NCBI GenBank assembly: GCA_038087875.1
Contig: CM075998.1
Location: 6,822,001 to 6,886,000, forward strand
Source: Malacoraja senta
Lineage: Eukaryota
Length of the DNA: 64,000 nucleotides
Reading direction: 5' to 3'
The position numbers were made by a program, and so were the translations under genes. Position 1 is the stretch's first letter. Every line of letters begins with the position of its first letter. Below the pieces are notes generated by a model. The model was not told the DNA's origin and did no database searches. It saw only the letters and a program-made list of their open reading frames with translations. This document shows positions 51,406-63,500 of the stretch, piece by piece.

Positions 51406-52559
51406 TCTCTGTGTGATTAGTATGATAGTTTTTTTTTTAAAGGGAACTAAGTGCATTGATGAAGGTAGTGACTTTCCCAATTGGGTCCAGGGCAATTTAG
51501 CAAACTGGATCCAACATTAGCTTGGTGATGGGAGGCAGAGGGAGATGGTCTAAGATTGATTTTGAGATTTAAATCCTTATGACCAATAGTTTGCTGGTGA
51601 TAGACACAAAATGCTGGAATAACTCAGCAGGATAGGCAGCATCTCTGAATAGAAGGAATGGGTGACGTTTCGGGTCAAGATCCTACTTCAGACCTCGACC
51701 CGAAACGCCACCCATCCCTTCTATCCACAGATGCTGCCTGTCCCGCTGAGTTGCTCCCCATTTTGTGTCTATCTTCAGTTTAAACCAGCATCTGCAATTC
51801 CTTCCTACACTGAGTGTGCTGTGACCCTTTCTATATGTTATGCATATTAATGATATCAATATGAATGTAGGAGGTATGATTAGTAAGTTCACAAATGACA
51901 TAAAACTTGGCGATATTGTTGGTAATGAGGAGGGTAGTCTTTGTCTACAGAATAATATTGATAAATTGGTAAGATGGAGAGTGGTGGGAATGGGGTTAGG
52001 TTTGGCGACCTTGTGTGGTTAGGAGTGCAGCTAGATACAGGAACTGTGATCGTGGTTGAGTGCAGCTGAAGCCAGAGTTCGAGAATATGGTTAGGTGTGT
52101 GGTTGGAGCCAATGGCGAGAAAAAAGGTTAGGTATGCGGCCAAAGTTGGTAACTGGAGATTGGAATGTTGCCAGGAGTTTGAGCAAGATGGAGGGAAGTA
52201 ATGGGAGCGTGTGTGTGGGTGACTTAGAGAGATGCGGATGCCTATGCATGTGCCCACCTATTTGTGAGTATTAATACTCAGGCAATCATATCTAGTGTCC
52301 AATTCCTTTTCTGTGAAGCTTCTGTGAGAGCTTGTTTGCAGGTACTACCCCATGTTGAAACAAACCATAAATTGGCATCATGCACAAGTGATATGAAGTT
52401 AGGGAGTTTGTGGACAATTCCTACAACAACAACAACAGATCTTAACATAACTCCTTAGTTATTAGAGCTCGGGAACTCGGATGGCTTTGTCATCAATATC
52501 ACCGTGCTAAGTGAGAAACGAGAGGCAAGGAAATGGCCAGTTTAAAGATCAAAACATTG

Positions 52560-52820
52560 GGTAAACATTGGGTAAACCTGAAGGCACAGACTGAAAAAGA
52601 GATGCCATTTTCACAGAGTGAACTTGCCCATCAAGAATGAGCCAGCCCAGTGTTTCAGCAACTTTCCCCATGGAGCACACAGAAGCCCTGCATAAACAAT
52701 GATAGTGCGCATCACCTTCACTAGCTACCCAATTGCATCTGTCCCATCTGTAGAAGAGCCTTTGGTTCTCATATTGGCATGATTATTTACATTAGAACAC
52801 ACAAACCCAGAGTGGAAAAC
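52560..52820 (+). mobile_element. RTE-type LINE 3' end (tail continues at ~53750-53770)
   Basis: CPICRRAFGSHIGMIIYIRTH resembles the RTE C-terminal C2H2 finger. tgcctaagaagaag on the far side of the H4/CR1 insert reads as an (AAG)n tail. Confidence 0.5.
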
Positions 52821-53362
52821 AGAAACATAGACAACAGGTGCAGGAGTAGGTCATTCGCCCCTTCGAGCCAGCACCGCCATTCAATTTTATCATGCCTGAT
52901 CATCAAAAATCAGTACCCCGTTCCAGTTTTCTCCTCGTCCCTTGATTCCATTATCCTTAAGAGCTAAATCTAACTCTCTTGAATACTTCAAGTGAATTGA
53001 CCTCCACTGCCTTCTGTGGCAGAGAATTCCACAGATTCACAACCCTCTGGGTGAAAATGTTTTTCCTCATCTCAGCCCTAAATGGCCTACCCCTTATTCT
53101 TAAACTGTGACACGTGGTTCTGGACTCACCAAACATCGGGAGCATTTTTCCTGCATCTAGCCTGTCCAATCCCTTAAGAATTTTATATGTTTCTATAAGA
53201 TTCCCTCTCATCCTTCTAAATTCCAGTGAATATAAGCCCAGTCGATCCATTCTTTCATCATATGTCAGTCCCGCCAACCCCGGAATTAACCTGGTGAACC
53301 TATGCTGGGCTCCCTCAATAGCAAGAATGTCCTTCCTCAAATTAGGTGACCAAAATTGCACA
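52821..53362 (-). mobile_element. CR1 3' end fused to the histone H4 retrocopy
   Basis: VQFWSPNLRKDIL..LWNSLP and a ctatgtttct tail. Confidence 0.9.
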
Positions 53363-53369
53363 TTTTGTT

Positions 53370-53385
53370 GGTTCTTAAAAGAACC
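53370..53385 (-). promoter_or_regulatory. Histone 3' stem-loop
   Basis: ccaaa-GGTTCT-TTTA-AGAACC-aacaa: a perfect 6-bp stem with a 4-nt loop, 33 nt after the H4 stop. Confidence 0.88.
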
Positions 53386-53418
53386 TTTGGTTTTGTAATC
53401 ACTTCTCACGTTTATCTT

Positions 53419-53730
53419 TTAGCCCCCGAACCTATACAAGGTGCGCCTCTGGCGTTTCAGAGCATACACCACGTCCATAGCTGTCACTGTCTTGCGTTTC
53501 ACACGTTCTGTGTGGGTTACTGAATCTCGGATGTCATTCTCAAGGAAAACATTCAAAACACCACGCACTTCCTCATAGATTAGGCCAGAAATACGTTTGA
53601 TGCCACCTCGGCAAGCCAAACGACGTATGGCAGGTTTAGTGAAGCCTTGGATGATGTCACGAAAAACTTTACAGTGCCACTTTGCACCACCCTTACCCAC
53701 CCCCTTCCCACCTTTTCCTGTACCTGACAT
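53419..53730 (-). pseudogene. H4: Histone H4 retrocopy: full-length open 103-codon frame with 18 aa substitutions
   Basis: [51 protein letters not shown] aligns without gaps to canonical H4. Confidence 0.9.
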
Positions 53731-54255
53731 GATGCCAAATCGCTGGTTCACAAGTCTGCCTAAGAAGAAGTTGATACCATGGATGACATTCATATGCCAA
53801 TATCATCTATGAAGAACAATATTAGCTCTGTATAAATGGGCATTGGAGGTGTTAGTTGCAGCAAAGTGGTTGAACGGTGTTTTGAGCAGTGTGCCGCAGT
53901 CCAACTATGAATATTATTTTTGAGAGATTGCCCCGTTAAATAGTTTATGAGCCTTCAGAGTTGGATAAAATCTGCACATTGTGAGTAAACGGTGCCTGTT
54001 GTTATTCACCCCAAATGTGGTTGAAAATATTGCTCATGACAAATTTTGGGCTTGCACTACGTCACCCATTCCTTTTCTCCAGAGATGCTGCTTGAACCGC
54101 TGAGTTACTCCAGCATTTTGTGTCTTATCTTCCTTATCTGTCCTCTCAGTACTATCTGAGCTTTCAGGAAAGGATTCCTGTATTCACTTGCTCTTACATT
54201 CTATACTGATTTATGGACTGATATTCAACACCAACTACTTCCTCTTTTTCAACAG

Positions 54256-54387
54256 GTCCATGCTAAGTGGATAATGGATACTGACACCTTTAATGAATGG
54301 ATGAATGAGGAAGATTATGAGGTGAATGATGACCGATCCCCTGTTGTACGAAGGAAAAGAATTTCTGCCAAAACGTTAACGGAAGAG
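54256..54387 (+). CDS. SMARCC2: SMARCC2 exon 9, 132 nt
   Basis: ttcaacag|[44 protein letters not shown]|gtaaat. Confidence 0.97.
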
Positions 54388-55484
54388 GTAAATGCACAGT
54401 TTTATATTTTACCTTTTAATTTATTTGAGACAAGTTTAAGTTTCATTGGAAAGATTAGCTTTGTTACATGTATGTCTTTTAAAAAAACATGTAAGTTTTT
54501 TAAAGTATGCTCCTTTTGGTTATGTTTAAATGTGAACGTATTTTGACGAAAGTATACAGATGGATGTTTCAGAACAGGCATTCGCTGTTTCCTATTTGAA
54601 AGCGATGGGGAAGTAAAATCATTTAATTTAGGTAAAATCATTTGAATTTGGGTAAATTAAAAATATAATATTTGGACACGTATATGGTTGGGAAAGGTTG
54701 AGAGGGATATCAGTCAATCGTGGGCAGATGGGCCTATCTTAGATGAATATCTTGTTCAGCATGAATTCTGAAGAGCCTGTTTTCATGCAGTATATAACTA
54801 TAAATGTGTACCAATTCAAAAGTTTCAAAATCAGGAAAAAGCCCCTATTCAACTAATTTTCCTAACATAATTCAGAATTCATTTATTTCTGATATCCAGG
54901 GTTTAGCATCTCCAATAAGTTTAATTTAGTAACTTTCTTAATTTTGTTCTCTCTTTAGTTGATATCAAAAGATTTTATTTTCCTCTCAGACATTCATGAA
55001 TCTTTGTAACTCCCTGCCTCAAAGCTACAGAAGGTCTTTGAATTTTGTTTTTGGCAGAAATAGATAGGTTCTGGATACGAGGTGGGGGGAAGGGTAAAAG
55101 GTTACCGCAGGTAGATGGGAGTGCAAAGTTGAGGTTGCAATCAGATGAGCCATGATTGAATTAAGTAATAGTGCCTTGAAGAGATTAAGAAGGGTCCCAA
55201 CCCGAAATGTCACCTATCCATGTGCTCCAGAGATGTTGCCTGAAGCTGCTGAGTTACTCCAGCACTTTATGCCTTTTTAATAGTACAGGCTTCAGGGGCC
55301 AAGAACTTTATTTCTCTGCCTAACTTGTACATTCATCTATTTTCTGGCTGACGCAGCTTCTGTGTTCGGTATTTAGAAAGAGTTCTGGTCTGAAGGTTAC
55401 ATTTTGGTAATTTGGTGCTTTTAGTGTAATTGAGATTTCATGGGATGTATGAAAATGAATAACCCTTTAAATACTCATTCAAAG

Positions 55485-55600
55485 GTGCACAGCCCTGACT
55501 CTGACAGAAGAGATAGAAAGGGAAGCGCTCATAAAAAGAGGAAACGTTCCCCCTCTCCTTCTCCGACACCTGACCCCAAGAAAAAGAACACCAAGAAAGG
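55485..55600 (+). CDS. SMARCC2: SMARCC2 exon 10, 116 nt (no further exon found in the window)
   Basis: cattcaaag|[38 protein letters not shown](G)|gtgagg. Confidence 0.95.
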
Positions 55601-55809
55601 GTGAGGCACTTCCCTTGTTTCTCAACATTGTTTCTTTAAAATTGGGAATGTTAAGTTTTGTATCCTTCCTGTATGAATCTAGTGTGCAAAATGTAGAAAG
55701 GTATGGCAGCATTTCTGTCTACCAGGCTCCTGGACCATGCCTCATTTAATGGAAAGAATGACATTTTATTTTTTGTTAATAAAACAGATTAGGCATGTTG
55801 CAGACTGAG

Positions 55810-56360
55810 AGTCATACAACTTGTAAACCGGCCTTTTGGCCCTACTTGCCCATGCCAACCAAGATGCTCCATCTAAACTAGTCCCACCTGCCTGTGTTTG
55901 GCTAAATTCTTCTAAACCTTTCCTATCCTGTCCACATTTCTTTAAAATGTTGTGATAGTACATGCCTCAGCTATTTCCTCTGACAACATACGCCCACCAC
56001 CATTTGTGTGAAAATGTTGCCCTTCAGGTTCCTATTAAATCATTCCCCTCTCACCTTAAACCTTTGTACTCTGGTTCTTGATTCCCCTACTCTGGGTAAA
56101 GGACTATGCATTTACACTATCTATTCCTCTCGATCTTATACACCTCTAAAAGATCACCTCTCATCCTCCTGTGCTCCAAGGAATAACATCCTAACTTGCC
56201 CAATCTCTCCCTATTGCTTATGCCCTTGAGTCCTGACAACATCCTTGTAAATCTACTCCGTACCCTTTCCAGCTTAACAGACTGGAACACCCTATGACAG
56301 GGTGACCAAAACTGAACACAATACTCTAAATGTGGCCTAACCAATGTCTTGTACAACTTG
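55810..56360 (-). mobile_element. CR1 3' fragment
   Basis: ORF 56117-56356 YKTLVRPHLEYCVQFWSP, plus tail. Confidence 0.8.
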
Positions 56361-56939
56361 CATTACTCAAAAGTTTACTAAGTTATTTAAGGCACTTGAG
56401 CAATGCCATGTAATAACTACAAATCTATGTCTTAGTTGCAATTGCCTCTTTTACATTACAATTGGAAGGCTGTATTAAATCAATAGCTTTGGGACCTGGG
56501 AGAATGAGGAAATTTGAAGAAGTGTCAAATTTTCATTCTGTGTAATGTTCTGAAAAGATATCTGAATCGGTCCAACCTTGCTACCCTGAGTTGCTGAAGA
56601 GGTCATTGCTGTCTTTGTATGTTATGCCTATTCTTAAAGATTACAGCAGCCTAAAGTGTGGTATGTACAAAAAAAATAAGGATATTCAATTATTATAATA
56701 GACTGCATGGAGTAATTAATATATTACTGGGAAAGTGTTGTGTTCAGGTTATTAATACACAAACAAGAAAAGGACATATACATCCAGCACACACCCATTG
56801 CTTCTCTCCAGAGATGCTGCCTGTCCCACTGAGTTACTCCAGCATTTTGTGTCTACCTTCAATTTAAAGCAGCATTTGCAGTTCTTTCCTACACATGTCT
56901 GAGTATATCTACACTGTGTACATCACCTTCTCCCATCAC

Positions 56940-57168
56940 AAATCATTATTTAGTTAAAATGGAAAACCATGTAACCATGTTTTGGCAAAAATTCTTGTCC
57001 TTCAAACAACAGGTGCTTGGTCATCATTCACCTTGCAATCCCCATTCATTATGTCCGTGTACCTGATAACAAAGAGAAAATATAGTTAGAATAGCAATTC
57101 ATAAACCTATAAGTAAGAGGAATTCTTTCCTGAAAGCTCGGGTACCACTGTGACAACAAGATAAGGAA
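56940..57168 (-). pseudogene. Inverted degenerate duplicate of SMARCC2 exon 9 and upstream intron
   Basis: Reverse complement of 56979-57040 matches 54313-54374 at 52/62 nt by eye. The acceptor region and gagctttcaggaaag block also match 54130-54260. Confidence 0.8.
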
Positions 57169-59399
57169 CCCTTATAAGGAACATTGTATTATTCTTCCTC
57201 CCAAAATGTACCACCATGTGTTATCTATATTGAATTAACAATAGATGACAAGAAATTCAATGATGTTGGTTGTCAAAATTATTTAATAGGCAGTAAAAAT
57301 ACAAGACAAACATTATGAGTGGTAAGAAATATGGGAACTAACCAAATTTCTCAAAATATTTTTGCTGGAGTGAGATCCTTTTGGTCACCATTTTGCTTTG
57401 CTACTAACCAGATGATATTTAAAATAAGATTTATATTACCACAAACACACAAAAGAAATCTTGAGCAAATCTAAAATCACTCAGATTCTCAATTCTCTTG
57501 GAAATTAGACCAATGTTTGTTTTTATTCTGAAGTACTTCTGGCTTGGTTTTGCTTCATTCCTGAAGTTTGCTTTATACAAGGCTGCTTAATTTTGGGGTA
57601 TTGTTGAATGTACAATGTCTGCTCACTCAAGAAAATTGAGTTCTCAACTGTTTTAGGTTTGGATTTACTATTATCACATGCACCGAGGTCCAGTGAAAAG
57701 CTTTGTCTTGCACGCTGCCCAAACAGATCACATATACTATACATAAAAACAATCAGGTCAAACTCAAGTACAATAGGTAGAGCACAGGGGAAGTGCAATT
57801 ACTGGACAGCTACAAACCGAAAAGTGAACACTTTAATCATCTTTCTGTTTACAGATTTGGTAACAGGAATGGAATGCAGATTGAAATATCAAGCCCAATT
57901 ATTACTGCCAATAAATCAGATTTTATTCTCGTTATGTTGTTCCCTGGGTTGCTTATTCATTTTATGCATAATTAAAATTTGCAGTTCTATATGTTTTCCC
58001 ATCAAAACAGAAACTTGACAATCATAGTTTCCATCATCCACTTCATTGATGATAAAGGAGGGATGATTTTCCTAATTTTTTTTCTGTCCCATGCCATTCA
58101 TGCCAGCTCACTCCATCCTTTGTTGTACCCTTTTCCAGTGTTATTCCATCTGTCTATCTCTTCCACTTTGAGGTTTTCTTTGAGTGCTGTTTTTTATTCC
58201 CTCAACATCTTTCTCCTGATGCTTGTCTGTCTTTCTTATTCTGCCTCGCTGCGCACCAAAACAGTCATCCTCCCTCCCTTCTCCCCATCACTCCCTCCAT
58301 GCCTTCTCACCCTCCTCACCCTCCCTCCACTCCTCCCCTCCCTCTCTTTCCAACTACTTTGCTCTGTTTTTGTTGTCACTCGTGCACTGAGGCTCATTTA
58401 TTCTTCCGCCTGGCCCAACTTTCGCCAGATCAATTCTAAGACTTGATGAGAGCTGATGTATTCAGCGGAAAGGAAATTTTTTATAGTGAAGCCAAAATGA
58501 AGAGTGGAATAGCGTTCGAGGAGAGGGAAATAACTTTGATATTTTTGCTTTGTAAGTTCAGCTGAACTCATGCCAATTGAATTCAAAGTGAAGAAATTGT
58601 GTTCTTGAAGGCAAAAAAGGTCCAGTATGTTTGGGGCAAACGAGCAAGAAATTACTATTAAAAAGGAAAATGCTGAAAATCCTCAGTAGGGCAAGCCGCA
58701 TCTATGGAGAGAGAAGCAGTTAATATTTTAGATTGGCATTGGATAAACCAAACAATAGATTGGGTGACTGCCTTGTAAAACGTCTCCATTTGGTCTTCAA
58801 GAATGACCCTTCTATTTGCCTGTCACTGTAATTCTCCATCCCACTCTCACTTCACCTTCAGACATGGACACTGTTGCAATGAATCTTAACTTAAGCTCAA
58901 AGGACAATACCTTGTCTATGTTCAGGTATATTTGGACTTAATATTGAATTCAACTATTTCAGATAACCATCTTTTCAATTCTGAATCGGAACTGGCCAAT
59001 TCTGTTTCTCTCTATACTGATGCTGCCTGACATGCTGAGTATTTTCCAGCATTTTCTTGTATTACTTTAAGATTTTCAGCATCTGCATTCTCGTTTTCAC
59101 TTTTTGATTGTGCAATTACTCTTTTCTGGTTTAAAGTGGAAATTTCTGTGTACCTCACTCACACCACAGCATTTCCTTGAAGCTAGCAGGGCGACAGTTT
59201 TGTCCAATTGTATGAACTATTAAGCCCAGGCTTTGAAATGGGCTGGTGCCATGTAAAAAAAATGCTCAAACAAAAGCAAATGGATTTCAAGGTGAAGTAT
59301 GTTATTTTTCCCAATGCGTAAATTTTGTTTAAAATCTTGCATTCAAAATTTCAATCACTGTTCATAAAATGGCAGTCAAAAGACCTTAAATTTTTTAAT

Positions 59400-60880
59400 A
59401 TGGAGGATTGGCGTACTGCGCATGTTGTTCCGTTGTTTAAAAAGGGTTCTAAGAGTAAACCTAGCAATTATAGACCTGTTAGTTTGACGTCAGTGGTGGG
59501 CAAATTAATGGAAAGGATACTTAAAGATAATATATATAAGCATCTGGATAAGCAGGGTCTGATTAGGAACAGTCAACATGGATTTGTGCCTGGAAGGTCA
59601 TGTTTGACTAATCTAGAATTTTTTGAAGAGGTTACTAGGGAAATTGATGAGGGTAAAGCAGTGGATGTTGTCTATATGGACTTCAGTAAGGCCTTTGACA
59701 AGGTTCCTCATGGAAGGTTGGTTAAGAAGATTAAATTGTTGGGTATTAATGGTGGAGTAGCAAGATGGATTCAACAGTGGCTGAATGGGAGATGCCAGAG
59801 AGTAATGGTGGATGGCTGTTTGTCAGGTTGGAGGCCGGTGACTAGTGGGGTGCCTCAGGGGTCTGTGTTGGGTCCACTGTTGTTTGTCATGTACATCAAT
59901 GATCTGGATGATGGTGTGGAAAATTGGATTAGTAAGTATGCAGATGATACTAAGATAGGTGGTGTGGTGGATAATGAAGTAGATTTTCAAAGTCTACAGA
60001 GAGATTTTGGCCATTTGGAAGAGTGGGCTGAAAGATGGCAGATGGAGTTTAATGCTGATAAATGTGAGGTACTACATCTCGGCAGGACAAATCAAAATAG
60101 GACGTACATGGTAAATGGTAGAGAATTGAGGAATGCAGTTGAACAGAGGGATCTAGGAATAACTGTGCATAGTTCCCTGAAGGTGGAATCTCATGTAGAT
60201 AGGGTGGTAAAGAAAGCTTTTGGGGTGCTGGCCTTTATAAATCAGAGCATTGAATATAGAAGTTGGGATGTAATGTTAAAATTGTACAAGGCATTGGTGA
60301 GGCCAATTCTGGAGTATGAAGTACAATTTTGGTCGCCTAATTATAGGAAGGATGTCAACAAAATAGAGAGAGTACAGAGGAGATTTACTAGAATGTTGCC
60401 TGGGTTTCAGCAACTAAGTTACAGAGAAAGGTTGAACAAGTTAGGTCTTTATTCTTTGGAGCGCAGAAGGTTAAGAGGGGACTTGATAGAGGTCTTTAAA
60501 ATTATGAGCGGGTTAGACAGAGTTGACGTGGATAAGCTTTTTCCATTGAGAGTAGGGAAGATTCAAACAAGCGGACATGACTTGAGAATTAAGGGACAGA
60601 AGTTTAGGGGTAACATTAGGGGGAACTTCTTTACTCAGAGAGTGGTAGCTGTGTGGAATGAGCTTCCAGTGGAAGTGGTGGAGGCTGGTTCGATTTTATC
60701 CTTTAAAAATAGATTGGATGGGTATATGGACGGGAAAGGAATGGAGGGTTATGGTCTGAGTGCAGGTAGATGGGACTAGGGGAAGTATTTATTAAAATTA
60801 AAAAAAATTAAAAAATGTTCGGCACGGACTTGAAGGGCCGAGATGGCCTGTTTCCGTGCTGTAATGGTTATATGGTTATG
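59400..60880 (+). mobile_element. Young 5'-truncated CR1 LINE with an uninterrupted RT ORF
   Basis: Open frame to TAG at 60779 with [30 protein letters not shown] and KYADDTK, followed by a 3'UTR and (ggttat)n-like tail. Confidence 0.93.
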
Positions 60881-62339
60881 CTTTATAGCCTTCCTTTTTG
60901 AGAATTTAACCTGGCTGAATGCCAGTGAATGAACATGAAATGACACACACCTGCAGAAAAAAATGTTGAGGTGGTTCAAAGTTACATGTCACCAATCAAC
61001 TGGAAGATATTTCATGGAAATATTTTGTGACATCAAATCAAAAGGATAAATAAATGTATATGACAACATGTGATGGGGGAAAAAATGTTGCAGGAAGTTT
61101 CCAGTTTGTAAGATTTTGAACATATACAAACAAATCTATCATCTTATTACTCTTGAGTGAATCAAGGATTTCTTAAGAGTAAAACTGTTACACCCCACTG
61201 TTAGGGTTGTGATTTACCATATTGGGCGAACCACTGTGAGGGAGACAGAGTTCTGGGAGTATTGAGGTGGACGTCCCTGAAGCAGACAATTAGTTTTGTA
61301 TAATTTAGCAGCAGCTTGGAATAAAGGCAGACAATTTGAAGTGGGGAGTAGTATACAGCACAAAAGAGCTTGTAATAGAGGCTGTGCTTCCAGGCACAGA
61401 GGGTATGTGCTCTAAAATGCATGACACCAGCAAGCAGGGCAGTCAGTGGGAGAAAATATATATAAATAGCCAATTGGGGTGTGGTCAGGGGAAGAGAAAA
61501 AAAAAGTCATTTTGAAAGCTGAGAACGTGTTTGCCAAGTTTTTAGTTGGGATTGGCAAGAAACTTTTGTAAATGTACTAACTATAATAATAACATTGACA
61601 TGAATCATCTTTTAAATTATCAGTTGATTCCCACCTTGGGTTGGGAGGGCAGCAGAACAGTGGTAAAATCTCAATCAAGTTGGATAAGACTGAAGTAAAA
61701 ATGGGCAAAATGATACCACTGACATCAGCTAATGGTAGGAGGCCTGCAATTGCAACATCACAAATACACTCTGACAGGATTTTCCTATTCTAACGTTTAT
61801 GCTGAATGTACTTCCATTGTAAACTAACATTTTTGCTTGTTTGTGATATCAAAACCATGAGACCAGACGCCTTTAGTATTAACACCTTAAAAGTGTATAT
61901 TAAAAACATCTTGATTGGAGGAAACAATCTGTTAAATTGTCTTAAATTTTTCACTGAAAAAATGAAAAAGGTCTGAATGAAGAATCAACAGCCGTTGCAA
62001 ACATAGCATCACGTTGTCATTTTTTTCTCATGTTATCATTCACCAGTGACATAATATAGAGCTGGCTAATGAAACCAGTCCACATTGTATAGTTCTTAAG
62101 ATAAACCACGGGATGTTTTAAACATTTTCAGGAGTTTTGGTAGAAAAGAGGTGACGCAGGTAGTCAGGGTGGTGAAGGTGTTTGGTACACTTGCCTTCAT
62201 CGTCAAGATATTGAATACAGGAGTTGGGATGTTATGTTACAACCATACAAATGGTTGGAGAGGCAACACTTGGAGTACTGTGTGTAGTTCTGGTTGCCCA
62301 GCTATAGGAAAGAACTTATGAAGCTTTAGTTTAATTTGG

Positions 62340-63500
62340 TTTAGTTTATTATTGTCACCTGTACCGACGTACAGTGAAAAGCTTTTTGTTATATGCTATC
62401 CAGTCAAAGAAAAGACTATGCATGATTATAATCAAGCCGTCCACAGTACACAGATAAAGGGTACAACATTTAGTGTAAGATAAAGTCTGATTACAGTTAT
62501 TTCAAAGGTCTCCAACGAGGTAGATGGGAGGTCAGGATCGCACCCTAGCTGGTGAGACGATGGTTCAGTTGCCTGCTAACAGCTGGGAAGAAACTGTCCC
62601 TGAATCTGGAGGTGTGTTTTTCCAGAGTTCTGTCCTCTTGCTTGATGGGTGATGGGAGGAGAGGGAGTGACCGGGGCGAGACTAGTCCTTGATTATGCTG
62701 GTGGCCTTGCCAAACCATGCTGTAATGCATCCCGATAAAATGCTTTCTATGGCGCATCTGTGGAAGTTGGTGAATGTTGTTGTGGACATGTCGAACTTCC
62801 TAAGCCTTCTAAGGAAGTAGAGAAGTTGGTATGCTTTCTTGGCCATTGCTTCAATGTGGCTGGTCCAGGACAAATTGCTGGTGATATTTATGACTGATAA
62901 CTTGAAGCTTTCGGCAATCTCGACTTCAGCTCCATCAGGGTGTGTGTACCGCTTCCTTTCCTGAAGTCAGTCAACAGCTCCTTTCTCTTGCTGATGTTGA
63001 GGGAGAGGTTGGACTGTTATTTGGCTGCACAGTCACGAGTGTATAGGGAGTATAGTAGGGGGCTGAGAATGCATCCTTGTGGATGATCAGTGTTGAGGAT
63101 TATTGTAGAGGATGGTTTGTCACCTATCCTCACTGATTGTGGTCTCTTGGCCACAAGGTTGAGGATCCCGTTTGTAGAAGTGAGTGCTGACTCCAAGTTC
63201 CACAAGTTTGGAGATGTGCTTGGATGGGGTAATGGTATTGAATGCAGAGAATGCAGAACCAGGTGTTCCAGGGATGAGTGTAGGACCAGGGAGATGGCAT
63301 CAGCCTTGGGCCTGTTACATAGAAAATAGGTGCAGGAGGAGGCCATTCGACCCTTTGAGCCAGCACCGCCATTCATTGTGATCATGGTGTGGTAGGCAAC
63401 CTTTTGAAGCACTTCATGGTGGTGGATGTCAAGGCCACTGGATGGTCGTCATTAGGGATGAGATCTTGCTTTTCTTTGGCACTGCAATGATGGAAAAAGA
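62340..63500 (-). mobile_element. Rex1/Babar-type LINE with a short CR1 tail inside
   Basis: PQGCILSPLLYSLYTRDC and KKAYQLLYFLRRLRKF..IESILSGCITAWFG. A CR1 tail sits at ~63318-63390. Confidence 0.75.

Noticed and set aside
53731..53793. 21-aa N-terminal extension of the H4 ORF
   Set aside because: It runs through flanking RTE tail sequence. The H4 ATG is at 53730.
58200..58470. Possible snoRNA or alternative exon near the C/T tract (tgatga..ctga)
   Set aside because: The boxes are too close together, there is no terminal stem, and no supportable reading frame.
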